Shown: piece by piece, positions 27,571-38,051 of the stretch
Numbering within the stretch: position 1 is the stretch's first letter
Layout of the letters: each line of letters starts with the position of its first letter
From: Patellaria atrata CBS 101060
Taxonomy: Eukaryota
Direction of reading: 5' to 3'
Assembly: GCA_010093705.1 (NCBI GenBank)
Contig: MU006107.1
Coordinates: 294,031 to 358,030 of the forward strand
Length of the DNA stretch: 64,000 nt
Program-made: the position numbers and the translations under genes
Notes under the pieces: model-generated
Seen by the model: only the letters and a program-made list of their open reading frames with translations
The model's database searches: none
Told to the model about the DNA's origin: nothing

Positions 27571-28991
27571 AATGAGAAAAGGAGCGACAAGTAAACGGAG
27601 CAAAGAAAGTATACTAATAAAACATCGAGACGACTAGAGTAAGAAGAATGAGATATATTGATGCCTGGAAAAGAAGTTGAAATGAAAGCAATCGTGACCG
27701 CGCGCCTTAATGAATGAAAATCAAGGTTAGGTTTGTAGTTGGGTCAGGATGTTGACTACGAAGGCGGAAAGTTGCAATCGACCGCCAAGTCGCGAGAATT
27801 TCCCAAAGAGGTTTTTCGCTGCGCTCTGACCAATGGAAACGAGCCAGATCCTGCTTTGTATAAAGGGGCTGAGGCAACAGGATTATTTCCGCTATGACTG
27901 GACGCTATGCGGTGAAGAAGCGACGTCGACTCGAGAATTTTTCATTATTATTGATATCCCTACCTAGACGGGAATCCTAGATGATAGGTACCTTATCTAG
28001 GTAATCTTCTTTGCCGCTTCCGTTGCTAGAACAAAGGAAGGTACGTATTCCTCCGTCGCTGCTTCCACTGCTGTACTGGTTGGTTGGTACTGTACTGTAC
28101 TATACACAAAATAACATGTTATGGGAATGGAATAGCTTCATCTCACAATATCATACCAGCACTGTCGATCTAGGTTACAAACGTCATTATGCTGGTTTGT
28201 GAACCATGTCTTGATATACACCGATATTTACAAATACATAGGACGATAAGTTCCTCAGATTGGTACGGTGTGAAGCTTCAACGTCGATCTCGGCCACCAC
28301 GAAAAAGCCTAACCTCCCCATGACAAGCAGAACTAAAGTACTATGACTTTCTACTCTAATCTTCAATCTCTATTATTAGAAAAAGAAAAGATGAATCAAC
28401 AAGTCGCGAATTTTGAAGCAGCTCCATGATCTCTGTAAGGAGCAAAGGACACCGTTACAAACCATCTTTTTATCGCCCAGAAAGGACCCATACCGACTAT
28501 TACTGCCCTGAAATTTTATAAAACACAGAACATCCTCACGACGGTTGATATTCCCAGGTGTCTACAACATCCTGTTGCATACAGTGGATAGCGTGATCCT
28601 TCCCATAGCCATTCATCTTACTTCATCAGACATTCTCCGGTACAATAGGGGATATCTAATTACTCAAAGAGGATTGGCTTATCCACAACGAAGGGATGAT
28701 ATCTACGGTATACTCCTGCGCATGCTAAACAACTATTGTTATTCCGTTGATTTCCCAGTATCAGCCGAACTCGGTCGGAATACAATTAAGCGATATGTAC
28801 GGTTGGACCAATCCGTAAGTTTTCCCTTCCCTGTATAGAAAATTGGGAGACAACCTTGAGAACGAGCATAGTGTAGGTGAGGGATGCGACGATAAGGGAA
28901 AAAGGACAACTCCAATAAGAACAGACTTCTTCACTATCTTAGTCCTCAGTATGAGGCAATTTCCTTACTGCTTCTTTTCAACATGAGGTGT

Positions 28992-30110
28992 TTAAGGTAG
29001 AGCGAGATAAGCTAGAATCAGACTGCCAGCAGTAACTATCCAGCCTGGAACCGCAAAAGCACCGTGTAAATTCAGTTTCAAGCAGGACCATACGATTCCA
29101 AATATGAGGCTTTCACCGAAGAATACGACCATCAATATAGCAATGATCTTTTGCATAGCCAATTCTTCTCAGAAATAGATTCCCCAATCGTCGGCAGGTC
29201 CCTTAGGAGTTCCATAAATCTCTCCGTGTCTCCGCTTAGGAATTTGGGCAAGAATATAGGCCTCTTGTTCATTGATGTAGCAATGATCGTTTATAACATG
29301 CCAGAAAAACTTGGGTCCGATCGGTGGGAACAATTCTAACCTAGGCGGTACGGGATCGCAATGGTATTCCAGGTCATTACCTTCAACTCTTGAACTAGGA
29401 GGCAAACATGGGCAAGGAGAATACCCCTTACAATAGCTTTCGTGGTACCGGATATCCGCATTTCTACTCATCGGAAGTCGGAACTACGTATGTTAATAGT
29501 GATGTTTTTTTTTTTTGCCGATTATCCGAGAACTGTAACTACCTTTACAAAATCAGTTCCTTGCAATGACCGTAGCGAAAAAAATCCTCGTTCTTCTCTT
29601 TCTCTTTTGTAAGTTCTCTTTCAAAATTTCAGAAGCTCTCTGTTTGTGCTTATCTTGTCAACCTTATCTTGGTATACTGTATTTTTGTGTTTTCCGGTCT
29701 GCAAACATGACATAAGATGCATAGTCTGTTGATATTCCGGGTTTTGAAAGTCAAAAGTCTCAGACCCGGTTTGGGCTTATTGTATCGTGAGATGCTGGGT
29801 TTCGAACCAAATCTAATGGAGAAAGAAGTGATGATATACTAAAATACCTAGCGTAACGAAGGTGCCCCTATTTTCGTTTGTCCTTGATCATCCCCCGGCC
29901 TTTCCCCGGAGCTTGAGACGGTCCCTCCATTCATACCCTTCTTGTACTTATCCGCAAGACACTGAAGTGCTCCAAGTCGGAATTCGAAGAAGTCTTTGCA
30001 AAACTCAGCTCCACAATTCTATATCGCTTTCAGATAAGTCTATGACTCGGCATTCGAAGGAACGCTTACACAGGTAAAGGTCAATCGCTTCATTCCAGGA
30101 GCACACGACT
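28992..30110 (-). pseudogene. Disabled gene of an uncharacterised fungal 2-TM membrane-protein family (related to the 32308-34434 C-terminal domain)
   Basis: Canonical introns 30069-30019 and 29542-29484 join PGMKRLTFTC|NCGAEFCKDFFEFRLGA and ...RELLKF*KRTY...GFFSLRSLQGTDFVK|FRLPMS...PPIGPKFFWH...IPKR...WGIYF*EE + two hydrophobic segments. In-frame stops at 29850-48, 29841-39, 29623-21 and 29171-69, plus a frame change before 29722. The 5' limit is uncertain. Confidence 0.72.
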
Positions 30111-30136
30111 TATATATTTGGTAGAGAAGCACACAC

Positions 30137-30278
30137 GTATATCCGGTCAGCAAAAGTAGTGGTTGAAGTCTTCTTAGCATTGCTATAGACATGGGCAACA
30201 ACCATACGAAGGTGTATCCGGTCAGCAAAAGAAAGTCCTTGAAGTCCTCTCTGCATTGACATAGACAACCATCCGAAC
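30137..30278. repeat. Degenerate tandem duplication of ~70-75 bp
   Basis: Two copies of TATCCGGTCAGCAAAAG...TTGAAGTC...GCATTG..ATAGACA...ACCAT.CGAA. Confidence 0.65.
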
Positions 30279-32307
30279 GTATTTCGAAACATTCGTATGA
30301 TTTGCCATCGTCTCTGGGGAACTTTGGGTGTCTTAGGATTTGAATTCCGGAGACCCAGGGCTCCGGGCAAGTCTGGAATCTGAGAATCTCCACCTGGACC
30401 TAGGGGGCCGGGGATTTATAGATTCCGGTGGTGTTTCAACTTAGGATGTCTTCAGATTCAAATTCCGGATGGAATTCAAGAACCACCCCTTCGACCTAGA
30501 TCGCCGAGGAGTTGTAGATTTCCTGTTGTAGATCAACTTTGGATGCCTTCAGATTCAGATTCTGGAGCGCATCTTGTTTGGAACTAGATATAATGTCTTT
30601 CGTTATAGGGGTAATAGTTAACTCGTCCTCGCGAACCGCGGCGTGCTGATAATCCTCTGAACTATAAACTCGCGGCTTGAATGTGACAGTCTTAACAAGC
30701 GATGTGGTTGTTGCAATAGCTACATCCCTTATGTAGGTTGTAAAGCTGGGGTCCACCGTGACATTGGCGACAATACCAAACATTCCATAGGGACATATTG
30801 ACGAAAAGCTAATAGTGTCTAGTTTATTATAACAAAGTGTTGAAGGGTACATTTATAGTTGTCGCAGACATACGTTGAATGAAAAGTGCTCGGGTTATAA
30901 GCTCCCATCAAGCCAATTAGACCCATCTTTCACTGCAGCTTCACCGGTCAAGGCTGACTGACTTTCAGCCTCGCCGACTTGCAGTCTTTGGGTAATGATA
31001 ATTGACTTAATTTTGTCATTACGGACAAAAAGGAGAACAGTCCTATGATCAGTAACCTAACATCCGCTTTCGGTGTAGAATCTCGTGAACATATATTCTC
31101 ACAACCGACATTTCCTGTTCCCTCTTGAAAGATGTATGCTCGAAGGTCACTCAAATCCTGATTTGGAGATTGACTATCGACTAAAATATGTTCTCGGATT
31201 CAATCTCGGAATTTGCGGCTCTATTCGTTCACACATATTACTGTACAGTACCAGTAGGGCTACGCCTCCGGAAAAGTCATATTTTCTTCCTTGAAAAAGA
31301 GTACTTATACGAGAAAGTCAACTTCAGACAAGCGTTGAAATACTACTATCAAATATATGTGTACGACGGACTGGATTGGGAGCGGAACCCGAACATATAC
31401 TTTCGAGATAGAAAGAGTGATACACCAACGTAGGGAATTTGGAATTTGACCGGATCATCCTACCTGTGAGCACGAGCATTACTATCTAGTATTTAAATCA
31501 TCTCTTTACCCCACTTTCCAATAATTTCTCCCTCTCGTCGAAAAATCTTCCAATTTCCCGTCGGAACGAAGAACAAAACAACCACACCACATCAGTCGAA
31601 CATAGGTCAACTAATATCCGAACCGAGAACCACCGCACCCTAAAACTAAAAAAAACACGCAATCCCTCCCTCTCTTAGACCCGCCGCGCAAATTCGTCAT
31701 CTGATCACAACCACCCTTGTCTCTCGGCCCGATAGTCAAAAGCCCGGACCGTCATTTTCCTGCACGTGGATCCCGTGTTCGACGGATGGTAGTCTTGCTG
31801 ATGGGCATGCTTGAGGTTTGATTTGAGACCTGGGAGGAGAGAAAGGGGGGGGGGGGGGCCGGAGTGTATGCCACATGTGCCTATAACAATAGGAGATTTA
31901 ATAGGGTGCAACCACAATCTACACTTAGTAGTTCGAACGTGATATGGTATGGTTCGCTGTACAGCGCTTTCGGAAATAATAGAAGATTAAGCTTCCATTA
32001 TTTATAGGATGTCTATCACATGTTACCCTACACCATGTGTAAACGTGGAAAGAAGAGAATACTAAGAAATTGAGAATTACAACTTCCCTTGGAGGGATAG
32101 ATTACGTGCTCATATATGTGTGCGCGCAGAATCTTCGTTTAAGAAGTAACAAGCTCTAACAATATTAGTTGTAAGCTTCGAACGTTCCCCCTTTCCTATA
32201 CTAAAAACCCTACAGCAGCGGGAGAAATCCCAACCAAATCCCACAGAAAACATCACAAAATAACCCGCCAAATGCCTACAAAAACCCAGCCACATGTACA
32301 CCCTATA

Positions 32308-34434
32308 TTACACCACAAGCCAACTGACCCCGACCCAGACAACAACCCCACTCCACCCCAACGCCAGCACCAACAATCCCATCAACATCCCCGCCGTCGC
32401 TCTACCAGCCGCACCTCTATACCCCGCCTCAATCAAAGTCCCACTGACCCCCAGGAAAACCCAACACAGCGTCGCCGCCACACTCAACACCAGCACAATC
32501 CCCACGGCTGTCAAGATCCGCGCCCGGCTCCACCCCTCCACAAACTCCAACCCCGTCACCACCGCCCCGCCGGCCTCTTCATCCACGCCATCTTCCTCCT
32601 TAGGAGGTAGGGAAAAGGGAGGTTCCAGTTTGCGCTTTTCAGACAGTGTGGTGACGTCCCTGTTTGACGCCGCGAGCCGACGCGCCCAGTGGACCCAGGC
32701 GTACCGCGCGCGAGCCGTGTGTGGATGTTGGAAGTGGTGGAGGAGGTTCGCTTCGGAGAAGGTGTCCGTGAGGCCGGCGAAGGCCAGGAGGCGGGGGGAG
32801 CGGGGCGCATAGGGGACGGAGGGACGGAGGGAAGCGAGACGAGACGCTCCTTGAGCTGCTGCGGGAACCGCGAGATTAGATTTAGAGTTCGGGTTGCAGC
32901 AGCATGAAGCTAACGAGGGAGGGGCAGGTGTGTACGCGACAGAGTACCCGACCGTGATATTCTTGAGGCAGCGGGCCGAGAAGAAACGCCACGGCCCGGT
33001 CAGTTTGGCATATTCGGCCCGAAGGACGAAGAAGAGTGCTTCGTCGTCGAATTCCTTTCGGATCGGAATGATTTTTCTTTTGCTTATTCCCCACCCTAGG
33101 AGGTTGTTCACTGAGTCCCTCCTTCCCTTTTCGGGCAACCGTGGGAACCCGGTACTTGCAGGAACGATCACCCTGCCAACTTTTGAACCTCTCTTCCCCT
33201 TTCCTCCCCTCACGCAAACGGTAATGACACTCTCCACGGCGCTCTCGGTACTATGGCCCCAGGTTGATCCCCGGCCCACACGCTGACCGCCAAGTACGCG
33301 TTCGACTCTTGCCCGCATCGCTGCCTCAGCGTCCTCGTAGAAAGGGTAGGGTGTCTTGACCGGTTTCTCCATGCTAGTCCTCACATTCGACGCCGTGAGG
33401 ATCGGGGGAGGGGGAACTAGGGAGACCTTGCGCTTCATTCGGGTAGCTGAAGAGGCTGCCGTGTTCACTGTCGAAGGTGTTAGTATGGTAGCCGGTGTGT
33501 TTGCAGGTGTGTTTGCGGGCGCGTTTGCGCCTGGAACAGGGGCTGAGACGGTGCGGACTCGGGTGTGGGAGAGCGGTGGAGGTAGGAGGGAAGAACGATA
33601 GGCTTTGCTGGTTTGAGACGAGTTGAGCGGAAGTGGGTTGTGGAGGGAAACGCGGGTGGAGGGAGCAGTGGAAGCATTGTTGAGCACTGTGGCGGTAGCA
33701 GAGGCAGTGGTCGCGACGGCTTCCTCATCCCGTATGAGAGCTGAGAGTGTAATCGCATGAACGCCCATGATCTGGTCTGCGGTGGTTTGGGATGTTACCG
33801 CTGGTATAACTGCAGAGAGTTGAGAACTATTGTACGCGATAGTATCGGCAAGATCCGCCCTGGTTCCTGCTGTTTCTACAGATAGATCTAGTACCCGGGG
33901 TGGTGCTACAGGATGTTCTGTTGCATCCGTTACGTCGACGTCAGAATAAGCTCCACTTGCGCGTGGGGAATGCTGCACAATACGTCCCTGACCCGCATGC
34001 TGAATCTCTACCGGCGTAGCATGAAAAGGGGTTGCGGAGTCGAGAGACTCGTAAGACGAAGAGTCCTGGGAAAAAGCATTGTTCACATCTGAGGGTTTGA
34101 TCTTCGGAGGTGGCGGAGGTGGTGTCTCTGCGACACGAGATATGTTTGACGAGCGGAGAAAGTCACGGAGTTGCGTGAGGTTCGGTGTTGAGCCCGGGGA
34201 ATCGGGCCGTGATAGTGAGGTACGGGATGCGATGTGTAGGTTTTGATTCAAGGGTGAGATGCGCCGGTCAGGGTCATTGGTAAGGTAAGGTGGTGTGGAA
34301 CGTGGACCGAATATATTATCAGAGTGGTTTTCATTATGGTCTATCTCTTCCTGGGGCTCATCGTCTGAAGTGGCGTCGAAGAAATCAGTTGTGCGCATCC
34401 CCAGATCGAGCTGGTTATATAACGATTCATCCAT
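32308..34434 (-). CDS. Uncharacterised protein: long disordered Ser/Pro/Thr-rich N-terminus and a C-terminal domain ending in two TM helices
   Basis: First in-frame ATG at 34434 (MDESLYNQ), 708 aa, no intron needed. C-terminal motifs DDEALFFVLRAEY..W.FFSARCL, LLHHFQHP, WVHWA, GLEFVEGW, then two hydrophobic helices. Confidence 0.8.
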   Translation of the reverse strand: MDESLYNQLDLGMRTTDFFDATSDDEPQEEIDHNENHSDNIFGPRSTPPYLTNDPDRRISPLNQNLHIASRTSLSRPDSPGSTPNLTQLRDFLRSSNISRVAETPPPPPPKIKPSDVNNAFSQDSSSYESLDSATPFHATPVEIQHAGQGRIVQHSPRASGAYSDVDVTDATEHPVAPPRVLDLSVETAGTRADLADTIAYNSSQLSAVIPAVTSQTTADQIMGVHAITLSALIRDEEAVATTASATATVLNNASTAPSTRVSLHNPLPLNSSQTSKAYRSSLLPPPLSHTRVRTVSAPVPGANAPANTPANTPATILTPSTVNTAASSATRMKRKVSLVPPPPILTASNVRTSMEKPVKTPYPFYEDAEAAMRARVERVLGGQRVGRGSTWGHSTESAVESVITVCVRGGKGKRGSKVGRVIVPASTGFPRLPEKGRRDSVNNLLGWGISKRKIIPIRKEFDDEALFFVLRAEYAKLTGPWRFFSARCLKNITVGYSVAYTPAPPSLASCCCNPNSKSNLAVPAAAQGASRLASLRPSVPYAPRSPRLLAFAGLTDTFSEANLLHHFQHPHTARARYAWVHWARRLAASNRDVTTLSEKRKLEPPFSLPPKEEDGVDEEAGGAVVTGLEFVEGWSRARILTAVGIVLVLSVAATLCWVFLGVSGTLIEAGYRGAAGRATAGMLMGLLVLALGWSGVVVWVGVSWLVV

Positions 34435-34730
34435 ATCTGCACGTTCTCTTTTGACAGGACTATCAGGTGCTTGGACAATTCTAGAGGATTCGGACGGTGC
34501 CTGTGAGATGCGAATTGGATCTTCAAGGTCAACGTCCACGGAAATTGACAGTACAAAAGAAGGACGCAGTTCAGCAGTGGTGAAACGGTGCAACAGCAAT
34601 AAAGTCTTTAATTAGAAAGCAAACAAACAAAATTGGGAAAAGTTGTAAATGTTACGAGTCACATATGTTTATGCGTTCTGCAAGGGTTAATTTGAGAGGA
34701 ATGCATATCTGCAAGCGGTAGTTACACACA

Positions 34731-37538
34731 CTAGAATATGAATTTTCCACCACAATAGATGCAGACGTCGCACGCCGCAAGAAGTAATACCGCTAGTGTA
34801 GGTTGCTGCAGAGCGCTTGCAGCAGCAGCTGGCGCATCAGCCATGATAGTATCTCCCGCTTGCATCCTCAATTCTGCATCTCTAAGGATATAGTGAGGTT
34901 TCAGATACTGTTTCTTACAAAGGCCACAGTACCTCGACACCCTTGGTTCTTGGATAGCCATAAAGGTGAGACCACATCGCACTAGATTGAGTCAGCTTGG
35001 AATTATCGAAATTCGAGAAGAATTTCTTACCATATTGATGCCCGCGTAGACACCTTGCCCAGTCCAAGCTCTCGAACCGGATTTTCTCGTCGCAGATCTC
35101 ACATAACTCATGTTGATCATCCGTTTGCGCTTCAACCGATTCCCTCAACGTCCCAGATGGTGATACTGAGTCTAGATATTTGCATCCAGCGTGAAAATTT
35201 GAATATATTTGTTCACTTGCAACATCGGTCGCAGGAAGATATGTCTTTAATACGGCTGCTGAAGTAAGGCTGATAATGATGGGTACTCGTAGTTCCGCCA
35301 CGGGCTTATCCAACGGTTGAAGTAGTGAAATTAAGATACTCGACCGTGCTTGGGCTAAGACATCTTTGTCGTACATCTGCGCCCGCAAATATTCGACTAG
35401 AGTACTAGTATTCCAACCGTCCAGTTGCTCCAGAATGCTGGTATCACTGCTAAAAGCATTAGAAAAACTTTCTGTCAGGGAGTTATTACTTTTCTTCAAA
35501 CGAATCACACAAGCAGTGCTTATCCACTCGTTCAAAACTCATCATAGGGATGTTCTGTGCAAAAAAGGGTACTGAATGTAATAAGTTCGGAATAGCCCAG
35601 TAATGAGGACTTACAAGTCTACAGTTCGTGTGCTATCTTTCGACTGTTGAGCTTCAGAGATAACACTAAAGCCTTGGGCAAAGCAGAATTGCTTAACCAA
35701 AGATTCAGCGGTAACAGCTCTATCCTCGACGTTATATACGCTGTTACTGAGCCACCTCCTAAGACTGAACAGCATCGTCTCCGCGCTAATGTCTTCAACG
35801 GGTGTTATTAAGAGAACATTCGTTTCTCAAAGGGTCTTCCTACTAACCTTGCACTTTCGAGAGACCCCCTTTTTCAGGTAATCTGAAATGGTCACTTTGG
35901 TCACTGAGCTTATTAACTGCTATGACACTTCGTTGGCCGGACTGAACTGTATAGTGAACCATATCGCTCGGATGTACGCTCACACATGATACGATAAGGT
36001 CACCCAATGGTGATGAAGCAAGACCCCAAGTCTTAGCTTGTGCATTACCATAAAGGTCGTGTTCCGCGCTGAAGAGTGCGATACTCTCATTGATTTGGCT
36101 TTGCCATGCCGGTATATCGTTAGATTGTATATCTTCCAAAGTGACTGTCAAATTGGTTGTCGGCGCAGTAGCTCCAGAGAGATGTGATGTAAAGTGGACG
36201 CTAATAACTCCTTTATTGACGCCTAAAGCCACACCTAGAATAGTGTTAGTTATAGGTAATTGATAAAGTGTGGATGTCTAACCAGAAATGTCGTCCCATC
36301 GCCCGTCCAAATGGTGGTGATACGCTCTGGATGCTTTTCTGGGATACACAGGAACACTTATCGCTGTCGCTCTCTCCGATTCAAAAACTAAGATAGTATC
36401 AACAGCGACGCCTTTGCTCCTAGGTATCCACAGAAGAGGTGCGCTGAATTGTCTATTTATGTCGAAAGTGGAACCAAATTGAAAATCTGGCATATCTTCC
36501 GCGTCTCCCAGTATCTTTATGGTTGTAGCCGAGTCAATATGATATGCACCAATATGCTTGAAGCCAAGAGTCGAACTAGTTGCAAACGCAATACAACTGA
36601 TAGCGAATAGTTCTGTATTGTCCTCACTATAAGCAAGGCTTTCCTCACGCAAAAGTTCTCCAGGGGAGGACCAAGCACTCCAGGTTAGCTTATCAACTGT
36701 CGGCAAAGGCCCTATGGTATCAATAATCTCGTCAAAATTGAGCCGAGGGTCCGCGGAAATTCTGCTTTTAAAGTGGAATAAGACATTTCCTGTCCATTTC
36801 GAAAGCGCGTCGAAGCAAGAGTAAGGGGACCGAATCCTGATGATGAAGACCTCACCGTAGTCATTCGCGATAGCAATTAATTGGCCATCATAACGAATGC
36901 TCTTCTGGGGTTTGAAGCCGTTAATCGTTCTATTATCCTGTAAAGTGGGGCTCCAGGTAAATGCCCGTATGCGTGTTCTCAATCGCCAGACATTGCCTTC
37001 ATTTCCACCACCAGACGCGGGAGTGTTTTCTAGGCCAGAGACATAGTGTTTCAAAACCTTGTTTACAACCAATCCTCGTTTCCAGTTAGATGCATGAGAA
37101 GGATTGCCTTCTGCCGTCCAGATTGATAATGCAAGATTTGAAGTTAAGACAGCTAACGCGCAGCGGCGATGCTGTGCTAGACCTGGAGGCGACCATTCTA
37201 AGTCAATCACGTGGCTCGTGGAAATTTCTTCACCAATTGAGAAAACTCGCATGCTAGAAGGCTCATGCATAGGGAGTTCATCTTGACTCCAGGTATTAGT
37301 TCGAATTTGCAAAGATTCCCACTGTTTGTTTAAAGCAACAAATGCATCATTATCATCGCTGAATGGTTTCAGATTAGGAATCTAAGAACAATGTTAGGCG
37401 CTAATTCATCAAAGTTGTGGTGATACCGACGAGGACGTAAATGTGCTCGCCTGCTGCAATTGCAAGTTGACAATCTTTGGACCAGTGGATGCAGTTAAGA
37501 ACCGACGGCCAGAAGTGGACAACAGTATTTCCAATCAT
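34731..37538 (-). CDS. RNA polymerase III transcription factor TFIIIC subunit delta-like (GTF3C4/Sfc9/Tfc8-type)
   Basis: Multi-exon gene; N-terminal WPS...WSKDCQLAIAAGE; beta-propeller motifs FSIGEEIS...LEWSPPGLAQHRRCALAVLTSN; C-terminal zinc finger CEIC...ARCLRGH..RCGLTFMAIQEP...CGLC...CIYCGGKF. Confidence 0.82.
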
Positions 37539-38051
37539 TTTTAGGAGAGAATGAGCGGCAAGTTTGCCGACAAGGAATATTGAACCTACATCTTTGGATT
37601 ATAGGAGGCACAAGAGGGTTAAGACGCGCCTCTGAATGTTCAATTCACTACAATCTAGCGCGAGAATTCCTCCGAGATTGCTCCGATCACGTACTGTAAG
37701 GTACGGTACGGAGGTTTGGAGTAGTCAGCCTCCAACCGAAGGGCTCATCAATACCCCTTAAGTTCCCCTTTTCCCCGTACTCCGTACTAACTGTACAGCA
37801 TATTTTTTCAAGAAAATTTCACATGAGATCCATAATTTGTACAATTGGATACATTGATCGGAGAGGAACCATCTAGCCACCTATATCGGAGATACCAATC
37901 CATGAAGTCCTCGCTCGATGATATGTGAGTATAACCAGAAACAACGTTTCCAGTAACTTAAACCTTACGGTATTTCCTTACCAGACACGACAGTACATCG
38001 TCAAGATCCAGTACGACTGATGGAGAACAAGATCTCCTCACCACCTATAGT

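Noticed and set aside
30496..31154. Short minus-strand ORFs, one with a Rossmann-like GTGNVG
   Set aside because: Could not be assembled into a coherent gene or family; evidence too weak.
31845..31858. G14 homopolymer
   Set aside because: Isolated run with no supporting context.
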